This document shows, piece after piece, positions 10,501 to 21,353 of a stretch of DNA of 64,000 nt. Every line of letters begins with the position of its first letter. Positions within the stretch are counted from its first letter, which is position 1. The notes beneath the pieces were generated by a model. It did no database searches, had not been told where the DNA came from, and saw only the letters and a program-made list of their open reading frames with translations. The translations under genes were made by a program, and so were the position numbers. The DNA is from Kiritimatiellia bacterium (GTDB lineage Bacteria > Verrucomicrobiota > Kiritimatiellia > RFP12 > UBA1067), in contig JAZLJP010000145.1 in assembly GCA_045617985.1 (NCBI GenBank), positions 1,075-65,074 on the forward strand, in the 5' to 3' direction.

Positions 10501-10776
10501 CCGGATTATTATACGCCTGTCAAAAAGGCTTCCCTTGTTGGAAAAAACGATTGGGGAGAAGAAACGGGAAGAGGGTTCTATGAGTTTTGTGACAAGCATG
10601 GTGCCGTATATGGGAGTTTTCTCATGTTCGGATATAACGGATTGTCGCCCAAGGACATACCTGATGGGCAGGTGTTTAGTCTAAAGGAACACGCAACGTC
10701 ATCCAATGAGACATGGTATGTCGAGATTGGAGCAGAAGGAATTAACACAAATAATGTGGAGGTTTATACACAATGA
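7549..10776 (+). CDS. 1075-aa protein with N-terminal TM segments and a C-terminal zincin metallopeptidase-like domain (HExxHxxGxxD)
   Basis: ATG 7549 directly follows the TAA of the R-M remnant. Hydrophobic N-terminus AVYACAAFVGTAVVAFGL / LVGMVLIGSMTV. Zn-binding motif ALAHELGHQFGLKDCY near the C-terminus. G+C is visibly lower than the flanks. Confidence 0.8.
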   Translation: MIPELSTIQVNAVYACAAFVGTAVVAFGLTRGVKFLSGGAKKSLAAASLVGMVLIGSMTVTSVRIAAAKTNDTQQVGGDLSSTNDVGQIEGGTNGMSQVGGPRSVAAGSQMENVKLKMENECGETNILHSPFYILHSNAALPENAVTDEDIAHRWYVASVSSNSLDTSIFAFPSAVIEQSPTVWEAAQRRGAVYGAWNIPLKGWNFPFDDHGWSNAFMRCEGILRDSFRDASDQIRFLSPFALCPAANWARYNLSASRAWCATNGLGGLTVAVENGALGNDSTKLASARIDLDPLLGEIRLRYDLSHIDDTTFDIGPTVNGTNTFVMVGSNTSEVVFRRVHPNDWDYDGLANSLDPNPRVPENGAGWNQSDIWGSLAYPSNATEISSLGYPAWVTGRAADPNRRLVSFTVNSQHGNWPIRLTVGDLPVLCDGKEKLKFAIDCGAKYAFSLSEGQIPEIAVLTTNGVEHVYGDPYFGYPVERSIWDVTIHWDSPQSGWVGCKASVDIKLDGRDVCDFGHGDSDGGIFGHFLPGALHVLTGEVHQCHSNAFLGCTWSGGPGFSFSNPHRLSTDVMWIAPDDTSWATNFISLVTWYKGGYSLTNTIMACVGPEHVPPLGFSLSCQDVLFLNDELRPERIYAVTVGLTATNGVEGQVTLECDGAESTLSYFHDVFLPTQVQGITFPLGVSSNDWFHSSKTVFMSCSAIGDGELRASISFTNGTSCATSKVFRVIEPIRKLVDNERYSPGHYYNPSRLVYGDVAHLRVGVNGTFNPGDVDWRIVSGPGRRVTYSGFLATIEATAEEGTVVVEARFNEDEIQPTFVLPIVKPRVIPARAFVAPPPRELRKNAWRESDIRARIDMANDIFSQVGISFNLLSTEYNFCSETNWNIRAITTQRDENGEYYNATTDQLDALLDHYQGDDCIELYFLGEFRDKTTLGIHHEKGLVISRRADVNALAHELGHQFGLKDCYSFVEHEDSGTNAWTLLPDYYTPVKKASLVGKNDWGEETGRGFYEFCDKHGAVYGSFLMFGYNGLSPKDIPDGQVFSLKEHATSSNETWYVEIGAEGINTNNVEVYTQ
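7870..7961. mobile_element. MITE-like AT-rich palindromic insertion inside the 7549 CDS, flanked by a 7-bp direct repeat
   Basis: The left arm is five tandem heptamers ATGNAAA (7879-7913). The right arm is five heptamers CATTTTA/CATTCNN (7926-7960), its inverse. The direct repeat CGCGGCC sits at 7863-7869 and 7962-7968. Element plus one repeat copy is 99 bp, or 33 codons, so the ORF stays open. Confidence 0.5.
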
Positions 10777-11618
10777 AGTTTATATGGTGGCTCTCGTTGG
10801 TCATGGTTTTGATGGCTCTAGATGCCGTTTGTGCGTATACACCAGCAGAGACGAACGACATGGTTAGAGGAATGCTCTTTCGTGTTGTGGATTTCTATAG
10901 CCATGACAATTTTCCGGCAAATGGAAGAATTGTCGTTCGTGGTGAACCGCCCGACACGTGGGAGCGTTTTCTTGGACAATCGCAGGGTGGGCGATGGACA
11001 ACGGAGGAACGTAAGGCCGCTTTTGATTGGTACCTTTCCACTCTTGGAACGAATGATTGTCGTGCATTGCCTTGGATGGAGCAGAGGTTTGTTCGTGTAG
11101 CGCTGTCGCGTTGCGACGTTTTATGCTATACAAATTCCGTACATTATTTGCGAGCGTTGGCATTGAATCCTAGAGGGATTTGCAGGGATGAAGCCAGCGA
11201 ATTATATTTAAAGCTTTCGCCAGTTTCTGATGTTACCACTTCGTTCGTTGAAACGATCATGACCAACGTGGTCGGTTTTAGTTCTGTTGAGAGAGGAATA
11301 ACGTGTGGTATTTATGCGCGCAAGGCCTGTTTGTTCAATTCGACGAATACGGTTGATGTGGCGGCAAAGGCCCGGGCTGTTCAGATGTTCTATCGGAATC
11401 GTCGTTTTGGTTATGAAGCGGCGTATCTTATTGACGAGCTCTTCGTGTCCTCGATTGCAGGTTATGCGATGAGCTCCAATCGCCTTGATACGGTCCTGGA
11501 CATGTTGTCGAAAATGGATGCCGATGATTTGGATCGACCAGACTTCATCCCTATCACCAACCAGCTCCTCTCGGCGGGCCAGCCGCTGCGGCAGTTGAAC
11601 TTGGATGGGAATGAGTGA
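10773..11618 (+). CDS. Exported 281-aa helical protein of unknown function, translationally coupled to the zincin protein
   Basis: ATGA overlap at 10773-10776; signal peptide MKFIWWLSLVMVLMALDAVCA; low G+C like its partner. Confidence 0.7.
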   Translation: MKFIWWLSLVMVLMALDAVCAYTPAETNDMVRGMLFRVVDFYSHDNFPANGRIVVRGEPPDTWERFLGQSQGGRWTTEERKAAFDWYLSTLGTNDCRALPWMEQRFVRVALSRCDVLCYTNSVHYLRALALNPRGICRDEASELYLKLSPVSDVTTSFVETIMTNVVGFSSVERGITCGIYARKACLFNSTNTVDVAAKARAVQMFYRNRRFGYEAAYLIDELFVSSIAGYAMSSNRLDTVLDMLSKMDADDLDRPDFIPITNQLLSAGQPLRQLNLDGNE

Positions 11619-11622
11619 TTAA

Positions 11623-11672
11623 GGATCAAGAGGTCATTTCGTAGCGTGATCGGAGAAATGGCGTCTTGATCC
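11623..11672. repeat. REP-like hairpin (18-bp imperfect stem, 14-nt loop) between convergent stop codons
   Basis: ggatcaagaggtcatttc / gtagcgtgatcgga / gaaatggcgtcttgatcc. The core is an inverted copy of the 6712-6749 element. Confidence 0.65.
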
Positions 11673-11678
11673 TTTGGC

Positions 11679-14600
11679 TTAGAACAGCGTTTCCGGGATG
11701 AAGCAGGTTGCGAGCACGTGACCCTTCACCACCGTGGACGACACATGGATCGACCGGCCCGTGAACTGCTTGAAGCTTTCAAGCCACTGGCCGGTGAGTT
11801 TGACCGTCATTTCGCCTGTCTCGGCCTGGAAGGTATCCACGATGAGTTCACGCGGCGAATAGCGGATGCCGGTACCGAGGGCTTTCGAAACGGCTTCCTT
11901 CGCGCACCAGAAGCGAATGGCGGCCGAAGGGGCATTTGCGGCGCGCAAGGTGAGGTTGCGCTCTTCATCCGTAAAGACGCCGCGCGTGAATTCCTCGGAG
12001 AGGTCGCGATCGCGCATTTCCACGTCGATGCCCACGCGGGCGTTCGTGCCCACTACGGCCACCACGAACTGGGCGGTGTGGGCGATCGTGAGGTCGAGCG
12101 GGGCGGTGAGATAGTCGCGCCAGCGGCCGATGGCGTGGGGCTTGCCGCTATCGTCGCGCCATACCTGCACGTCGGCATCGCACCAGCGGGCCTGATAGTG
12201 TTCATGGAGGAACCGGCGCACGGCCTCTTTGGCGACGAGACGGCCGAAGAGCCACTCCGTGCGGCGGTTCACCGAGCCGGAAATGCCGGCGAAATCGGCG
12301 AGTTCGGTTTTGCTCAAGACGACGCGGGAGAGCGTGCGTAGCCAGAGTTCCTCGTTGCGTTCGAACACGGGGTAGGGTACGTCGCTCACCATCGCCGAGG
12401 CGATGGGCGTATCCGGCGCGCCGAGGAGTTCGCGCGGAAGCGGCTGCGAGAGGAACGTCATCGCCGGATTGAGAAGCTGCTGGCGGAATTCCTCCGAAAC
12501 GCGCTCGGTGATTTCCTCGTAGCCGCGGAGGGCGAGCACGAGCTGGCCGTTGCCGTCCGAAACGAGAATATCGGTGATAAGCGACTTGGGCGTGACGCCC
12601 GTATTGCGCAGATAGCAATTGAGGTGCATGCCCTTCGCGAGCGGCGCGAAGAACTCGATGCTCCGCACGCGCACGGGGAAGGAGAGCGCGCCCGAAAAGC
12701 GCGATTCATGGCTGCGCCAGAGCTGGAAACCGTCGGCAATCGCCGCGAGGAGCTGCGGGTTGAGCGCCCACACGGGGAATTTCGCGTGTGGCACGGTGCC
12801 TTCGCCGGAGGGCACTTCCACCTCGTAGTCGATACCGGTTTCGCTCCAGCGGTTCGCGGCACGGATGGATTGGAGGGAGGGGCCTGAGTAGAGACGGTCG
12901 GGATAGATGTCGCTTGTGGTCCAGTGGACGTCGCGCGCCTTGGAAAGAGCGGGCGGCACGAACGCGGGGGAGGCCACGGCCTCTTGGGCGAAGATGATCG
13001 TCGCTTCCATGGCGCACCAGGTCCATTGCGCATCGGGATGGTCCTCGCGGATTTGCACATGCACGGCGACGAGCGCGGGGTCGTCGCTTGCCGTGCGCTC
13101 GGCGCGAACGTAGAGGCGCAGGGCGTCTTCGTCGAAGGCGATCGGGCGGCGGCTCTGCAGGCCCTCGACGGCGGCAACGCGGCGGTTGGGCACCATGGCC
13201 TGTGCAACCTCGGCCATGATTTCGGCGGCCACCACGGGATGGAGCAAAACGAGGCCGTGGAGCTTCGCATCGGAGAAGGCCACGTGCTCGGCGGCGCCGA
13301 TGGCGAAGTCCGCAAGGAAGGGGGCATCTTTGAAGGAAAACGTTTTCACCACCTCGCGGATGCCGGGCTGGAGATCCACCTCCTCGGCATCCGCCACGAG
13401 CGGGCTTGTGGTGCCGTAGACGAAAAGGCGGTTCTTCTTCCGCTCGCGGGCGGCCGCGGCGGCGGCGCGCCGTTCGGCGGCCTTCTTGCGGGTGCCGGGG
13501 GTCGAGTCGGCGGAACTGGACATCACCTCGTTGAAGGAGATATCGGCCGAAAGGAGCGAAAGGCGCGGGAAGTCGCGCGAGAGCCGGAGTTCCGTTTCGG
13601 AACGGATTTCGAGCGCGAACGGCGCATCGAAATCGAGAAGGCGCGCGTGCCGGTGAGCGTAGAGGGCTGACGCATCGACGCCGTGGCCAAGGGCGGCGAG
13701 CGCACCGAGCGTGTTCTCAAGCTGCAAGAGGCCGGCGCGATGTACGGTGTCCGCCGCGAGGGCGGCGTGTTCTTCGCCGCGGAGGATGTCGTCGATCATG
13801 CCCGTCAACACGCCGCGCGGCCCCACCTCGAGGAACACGCGGTAGCCATCGCCGTACATGCGGCGGATCGTTTCGTCGAATCGTACGGGCGCCACCCAGT
13901 TATCGGCCGCCTCGTTGCGCGCCTTGCGCGTTTTCGGCGGAAGGGGACTGGCGCTGCCGCACGAATAGACGGGAACGTTCGGCGCCTGGTCTACCCAGCG
14001 CCCCGCGAGTTTGTTGAAAAGGGGCAGGATCTTCTTGCACCAGGGCGTGTTGAAAGGCCGGTCCACATCCAGGCGCATTCCTCTCACACCCACGGCCGAA
14101 AGCGCCTTCATCACCTCGTCGGCCACCTCCGGCGCGAGGGCGAGCGTACTTTGCTTGGGGGAGAAAATGAAGGCCTGTTGCACTTGGTCGGGCGAGAAGG
14201 CCTTGAGCGTTTCTTCGATGAGGCCGGGGTGGGGCGCGATGACGGCCATCAACACGCACGTGGGCAGCCCCTGGTGGGCAACGGCGTTATTGACGACCTT
14301 GTAGGTGTCGCGCAGAAATTCCAGGCGATGCTTGCGGTCGAACTTCTTCCCGAAAACGCCGGCGGCCGCGAGGGCGTTCAAGTCGCCGCCGGCAAAGCCC
14401 GTGGCGCCTTCGGGGCGAATCTCGAGCGTTTCGAAAAGGCGCGCGAGCGCGGCGTTCGCCGTGTAGGTGGAAACGACGGTCTCGGCGTAGGCGCCGCCGG
14501 AGAAGACGTCTGCATCATGGCGGTAGTAGGAGGCGGGCGGGAAAACGAAGTCGGACGGCTGGAACTTGCCCGAGCCGGCGAGCGCCGCTTCGAGCTCGTC

Positions 14601-15020
14601 GAAGGGGAGGCGGCATTCGCGGAACCGTACGGCGAGGTCGCGGAGCATATCCGGGTAGAACGAGGCCGCCCCCGGGAAGACGAACGCGAGTTTGCCCATG
14701 CCTTCGCCGAGCAGATGCTGGCGGAAATAGTAGGTGCCGCTTCGGTCGCGGATGCGGGCGGTGCCCAGGCGGATGCGCTCGGCCGCCGAGACGAGACGCG
14801 AGCGCAAGTCGCCGGCCGAGCGCACGACGAGCGCGAGAACGGCGGTTCGTTCGGCGGGAAAATTCTTCGAGCAGGTGTAGGCGATGTCGCGGAGGGCCAC
14901 GCCCGGGGCCTGGTCGAGGAAGCGCACGAGCCGATCGGCCGCATCGGCGAGCGCGGCGTCGCTCGCGGCGCCGAGAAGGATGAGTTCGCTCCCGAAGGCT
15001 TCGCTGAGATCGGCGATCAT
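11679..15020 (-). CDS. PKS-like multidomain protein: acyltransferase-like domain (Ser/His dyad substituted), Ala/Arg/Lys linker, PS-DH-like hot-dog domain and an Sfp-type 4'-phosphopantetheinyl transferase
   Basis: Start MIADLSEAFG at 15020, with an ATGA overlap on the upstream stop. AT-like blocks: FVFPGAASFYPDML (vs FxFxGQGxQ), GFAGGD (vs GHSxGE) and RPFNTPW (vs AFHS). DH-like block: LADFAIGA. PPTase motifs VGIDVE and FWCAKEAVSKALG are intact. No ACP (GxDSL) or KR Rossmann motif seen. Confidence 0.8.
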   Translation of the reverse strand: MIADLSEAFGSELILLGAASDAALADAADRLVRFLDQAPGVALRDIAYTCSKNFPAERTAVLALVVRSAGDLRSRLVSAAERIRLGTARIRDRSGTYYFRQHLLGEGMGKLAFVFPGAASFYPDMLRDLAVRFRECRLPFDELEAALAGSGKFQPSDFVFPPASYYRHDADVFSGGAYAETVVSTYTANAALARLFETLEIRPEGATGFAGGDLNALAAAGVFGKKFDRKHRLEFLRDTYKVVNNAVAHQGLPTCVLMAVIAPHPGLIEETLKAFSPDQVQQAFIFSPKQSTLALAPEVADEVMKALSAVGVRGMRLDVDRPFNTPWCKKILPLFNKLAGRWVDQAPNVPVYSCGSASPLPPKTRKARNEAADNWVAPVRFDETIRRMYGDGYRVFLEVGPRGVLTGMIDDILRGEEHAALAADTVHRAGLLQLENTLGALAALGHGVDASALYAHRHARLLDFDAPFALEIRSETELRLSRDFPRLSLLSADISFNEVMSSSADSTPGTRKKAAERRAAAAAARERKKNRLFVYGTTSPLVADAEEVDLQPGIREVVKTFSFKDAPFLADFAIGAAEHVAFSDAKLHGLVLLHPVVAAEIMAEVAQAMVPNRRVAAVEGLQSRRPIAFDEDALRLYVRAERTASDDPALVAVHVQIREDHPDAQWTWCAMEATIIFAQEAVASPAFVPPALSKARDVHWTTSDIYPDRLYSGPSLQSIRAANRWSETGIDYEVEVPSGEGTVPHAKFPVWALNPQLLAAIADGFQLWRSHESRFSGALSFPVRVRSIEFFAPLAKGMHLNCYLRNTGVTPKSLITDILVSDGNGQLVLALRGYEEITERVSEEFRQQLLNPAMTFLSQPLPRELLGAPDTPIASAMVSDVPYPVFERNEELWLRTLSRVVLSKTELADFAGISGSVNRRTEWLFGRLVAKEAVRRFLHEHYQARWCDADVQVWRDDSGKPHAIGRWRDYLTAPLDLTIAHTAQFVVAVVGTNARVGIDVEMRDRDLSEEFTRGVFTDEERNLTLRAANAPSAAIRFWCAKEAVSKALGTGIRYSPRELIVDTFQAETGEMTVKLTGQWLESFKQFTGRSIHVSSTVVKGHVLATCFIPETLF

Positions 15021-16417
15021 TGGCGGTCCTCCGTGGTGGGTTCCTCTTCGAGGATGATGGCGGCGCGGCGGCCGCCGAGGTCGTTCACAAGAACGGCGGC
15101 GCGGCGCGGGGAACTCGGGTCGCCCGTGATCCAGGGGCGGGCGTCGTTCAGGAGGTAGACGGAGGAACTCAGGTTCGACAGGGCATCGAGCGGACGCTCC
15201 GCGGGGATCTGCGGCGGCAGCACTTTCCGCCGCAGCGCGAGGGCCGCCTTCAGAATCGACGCAGCCGCCGAGGCGCGGAAACAGTGGCCGATGTTGCCTT
15301 TGACGGATCCGATGCCCACGAGCGGATCGCCTGCGTGGTGTTCGCCCCAGAGCTTCTGAACGGCCGCGATTTGCTCGGCGTCCACATCGGGAATGCCGCA
15401 GCCGTCGCCTTCGATGAGCTGGATCGATTTGAGCGGCGTATCGGCGCGTGCGGCGGCGGTTTCGAGGAGAACTTCGGTAGGCTGTGCGCCGCAGGCGACG
15501 GATCTGACGAGCGCGTAGATGCGATCGTGGGCCGTGAGGGCGTCGGCCTCTCTCTTCAAAACGAAGAGGGCGCCGCCTTCGCCCGGCAAGGTGCCCGAGC
15601 TGTCGCGGGAGAACGGCACGAGGTCGCGCGCGGTGGAAAAGGGAACTTCGCCGGAAAGCCCTTCGAGGAGGGCGCGGTTCAAGGGCGCGGAAATCGAGCC
15701 GGCGAGCGCCACGTCGGCGCGGCCGCTGCGAAGATCGTCCATGGCGGCGCGGAGCGCGGCGATACCCGAGAGGGCGCCGGCGTCGAGCGTCGTTGCGCCG
15801 CCGGTGAAGGCGCACTCACGGGCCATCCAGCCCGCGACGCGGTGGCCGAGCCCGGCGAGAAAGCTTGTGGCATCGGGCGCGGGGAGGGAATCGACGAGGG
15901 CCTCGCGCACCACGCCGAGCGTCTCTTCCGGCGCGTTGCTGAAGAAGCGGCGGATGATATCCATCGTCTGGTCGATGAAGAACGTGTGTTCGAGCCAGTT
16001 CACGGTGGAGGCGCTGAAGGGCGGCGCGTAGCCGAGACGCACGGTGCCGCGGAGGGGTTCGACGGCGTGGGATCTAAGGCCCGCATCGGCGAGGGCGTCG
16101 AAGGCGAGCTGTACGGCGAAGTAGAGATCCTGATTTTCGCCGGCGTTGATCTGGCGGGGAAAGGTGATGTCGCGCGGCACGCAGGCGTAGAGGTCGCCGA
16201 GCTGGCCGCCGCAAACGGGGTAGGGCCGGTCGAAAAGGTTCTTCCCGCCGGGCGGCAGGGCGACGTTCGGCTCCAGCGGCGCGATACCGCTTTCGTGATG
16301 CATGATGAGGCGCCAGAAAGCGCGGGGGTCGGCTGCGGCGGCGAAACGGCACGACATGCCCACGATGGCGATGGGGCTTTTTTCCCGCGCGGCGTTGACC
16401 TGTTCGTTCTTACCCAT
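15017..16417 (-). CDS. Beta-ketoacyl synthase-like protein with substituted active site (KS0/CLF-like)
   Basis: SPIAIVGMSCRFAAAADPRAFW is a typical KS N-terminus. TTLDAGALSGIAALRAAMDDLRSGRADVALAG lines up with the DTACSSS block with Ala (codon 15773-15775) in place of the nucleophilic Cys. IEGDGCGIP replaces EAHGTGT. GSVKGNIGH is retained. Confidence 0.8.
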   Translation of the reverse strand: MGKNEQVNAAREKSPIAIVGMSCRFAAAADPRAFWRLIMHHESGIAPLEPNVALPPGGKNLFDRPYPVCGGQLGDLYACVPRDITFPRQINAGENQDLYFAVQLAFDALADAGLRSHAVEPLRGTVRLGYAPPFSASTVNWLEHTFFIDQTMDIIRRFFSNAPEETLGVVREALVDSLPAPDATSFLAGLGHRVAGWMARECAFTGGATTLDAGALSGIAALRAAMDDLRSGRADVALAGSISAPLNRALLEGLSGEVPFSTARDLVPFSRDSSGTLPGEGGALFVLKREADALTAHDRIYALVRSVACGAQPTEVLLETAAARADTPLKSIQLIEGDGCGIPDVDAEQIAAVQKLWGEHHAGDPLVGIGSVKGNIGHCFRASAAASILKAALALRRKVLPPQIPAERPLDALSNLSSSVYLLNDARPWITGDPSSPRRAAVLVNDLGGRRAAIILEEEPTTEDRQ

Positions 16418-16437
16418 GGCTGGCGGATCCGTTTCGT

Positions 16438-18462
16438 CTACTCCTGGGCCGCACGGGGCTCGCCGTCATCGGTGTAGGTGAGCTCGACGGGGGTTACGTC
16501 ATTCCCGGTGCGGCGGGTGAGATAGCGCACGGAAACGAGCTGTTTGGGCTTGCCGTCGGCGGTGCGGGAAACGATGCGTTCGCCGGTGGGGGTAAAAGAG
16601 GCGGTGGGGGTGCCGTTGCGGGAGCGCGTGAAACCGAGGCAGGTACCGTTCTTGTCGTAGGTGTAGGTGTCGGTCCAGTCGCGGGGCAGAACGAGGTAGG
16701 GGTCGCAATAGTTTTGGGCGGGGTTCGAGTAGTCGATCGCGGCGATTTTGCCGTCGGGCCGGTAGGTTCGTACTTCGAGGGGCACGGGGGTGAACGAGAT
16801 GATCGAAGGGGCGCCCCAGTCGGTGGCGCCGGCGACTTTCGCGAAGCAGGCAACGTCGAGGCGATTCGTAAGGCCGCGGCGGTCGATGGTGATCTGGGCA
16901 AAGCCGCGGCTCGGCGTGTTGAGGGCTTCGCCGGGCGGAGGCTCGATTTTCACGCGCCAGGGCTCGCCATTGACCACATGCCAGGTGAAGACGGCGTTTT
17001 GCAGTTCCTTTTCGGGATAGGTTTGGGCGCGGAACAGGAAGGTCCGTTCGCCGGCAGGCGCGCGGAGCATGAAGGCGATGGCGGAAGGCGAAGCGAAGAT
17101 CAGCTCGGGAAGGAGATCGGGAAAGTCGCGTTTGGCCAGAGGATAGTGAATCGGGAAGCGGCGCGAGTTGATGAAGGCGAGCGAAGTCGCGGGGGGGATC
17201 TGTTCAGGTTTGAGCGCATGGGCCTTTTGCACGAGGCGTGCCGTGTCGAGGCGGGAGGCGGCGAAGACGGTGGGGTGGGCCTTGGCCGAGAGGTAGTCGG
17301 TTTCATTCGTAACGCCTTTCAGGGTGCTGCGCAAAAGCCACTGGAGGGTGGGGCCCATCAAGTGGCGGCCGGTGATGGCGCCTTTCGTGACCTTGTTGAA
17401 GGAGGCCGATGCGGCGAGGGCGGCGCGGAGGAACGGCTGGTCGCTCCACGACGCACCAAGCGAAACGCATTGGAAGGGGGCGTTCGCCGGAAAGAGATCG
17501 CCGATGCCGGGTTTCCCGTAGTCGTTCACGCAGGGGATCACCCAGAACTGGTTGTTGCGGTAGAGGGTGTCCATGCGTTCGGCGAGGTTCGGCTCCGTGA
17601 AGGAATGGCGGGCCATCGAGCGCCAGTAGGGGCCCTTGGTAATGCCGCGGGAGATGTTGCCGAAAACAGGATTGGGAAAGAGGGCGTTCGGATGGTTGAC
17701 ATCGGCCGATACGGCCTGGGCCTCTTTGGGATAGCGAACGGAGGTGAGCTGCGGATAGTCGCCGAGAGCAAGGGCGGAATGGTTCCGGTCGCGGTTCACG
17801 TAGAGGTCGCCCGCATTGCCGGCGCTCGATCCTTCCGAAAGCCAGGCCGCGACGTACGGGACTTCCGGGGCGGTGGGTTTCGACTTCGAGAAGTTCATGG
17901 CCTGGAGGGCCAGCGGGGTTTTGGAGGGTTTCAGCTGGAGGAGGGCGCTGTAGAGCCCTACGTCGAAATTCCACACGAGGTTCGTTTCCGCAAGGGTGAC
18001 CGTGCTGCCGTATGTCGCGGAGCGGGGCACGGGCGTGGGACGCCCCGGGACGGGGGCATCGGCAAGCGCACGGGCCTTTTCCACGAGCTCGGCAAAACGC
18101 GGAAGATCTTTCAGGCGGGTGAAATCGCGATCTTCCGCAATCGCCTTCGCATTGCGGAAGCCGAACGTGATGGCGCGTTCGAGTTCGTCCAGGGCGGCGT
18201 CGGGCGTTGGGCGGTAGGCGAGCGCGCAGGCGAGATTGTAGTGCCAGATGGGGTCTCCGGGCACGACGGCCACTCCCGCGCGGCAGACCTTTTCCATCAT
18301 GTTGAAGTCGCCGCTCCGAACCGCTTTGGCGAGTTCCTGGCGAAGGAAATTGTGGCGGGACAACACCTGGGGCAACGCCCAGATGGAGAGGGGCTTTTCC
18401 TCGTCGGCCCAGAGGGTGAACGAACAAAGGGAGACCAACAGAATGAGACTGAATTTTTTCAT
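16438..18462 (-). CDS. Secreted 674-aa protein of unknown function with a TPR-like N-terminal region; first gene of the PKS-like operon
   Basis: Signal peptide MKKFSLILLVSLCSFTLWA; only a 20-nt gap to the KS-like gene; coding composition throughout. Confidence 0.75.
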   Translation of the reverse strand: MKKFSLILLVSLCSFTLWADEEKPLSIWALPQVLSRHNFLRQELAKAVRSGDFNMMEKVCRAGVAVVPGDPIWHYNLACALAYRPTPDAALDELERAITFGFRNAKAIAEDRDFTRLKDLPRFAELVEKARALADAPVPGRPTPVPRSATYGSTVTLAETNLVWNFDVGLYSALLQLKPSKTPLALQAMNFSKSKPTAPEVPYVAAWLSEGSSAGNAGDLYVNRDRNHSALALGDYPQLTSVRYPKEAQAVSADVNHPNALFPNPVFGNISRGITKGPYWRSMARHSFTEPNLAERMDTLYRNNQFWVIPCVNDYGKPGIGDLFPANAPFQCVSLGASWSDQPFLRAALAASASFNKVTKGAITGRHLMGPTLQWLLRSTLKGVTNETDYLSAKAHPTVFAASRLDTARLVQKAHALKPEQIPPATSLAFINSRRFPIHYPLAKRDFPDLLPELIFASPSAIAFMLRAPAGERTFLFRAQTYPEKELQNAVFTWHVVNGEPWRVKIEPPPGEALNTPSRGFAQITIDRRGLTNRLDVACFAKVAGATDWGAPSIISFTPVPLEVRTYRPDGKIAAIDYSNPAQNYCDPYLVLPRDWTDTYTYDKNGTCLGFTRSRNGTPTASFTPTGERIVSRTADGKPKQLVSVRYLTRRTGNDVTPVELTYTDDGEPRAAQE

Positions 18463-18506
18463 GCGGATATTTTAGCATATTTTACACCTCCGAGCGCGCC
18501 GATTTG

Positions 18507-18515
18507 TGATATAAT
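18507..18515 (+). promoter_or_regulatory. Extended -10 (TGaTATAAT) upstream of valS
   Basis: tgatataat lies ~33 nt before the ATG. It sits in the AT-rich divergent intergenic region between 18462 and 18548. Confidence 0.45.
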
Positions 18516-18547
18516 TTACATTCCTCTTAAAAGAAGGTTGAAGAAAC

Positions 18548-21298
<2,751 letters not shown>

Positions 21299-21353
21299 GA
21301 TGTGGGAGAATCCGCGGTTTTGCCAACAACATCGAAGAACAAGGCGACGAAAC

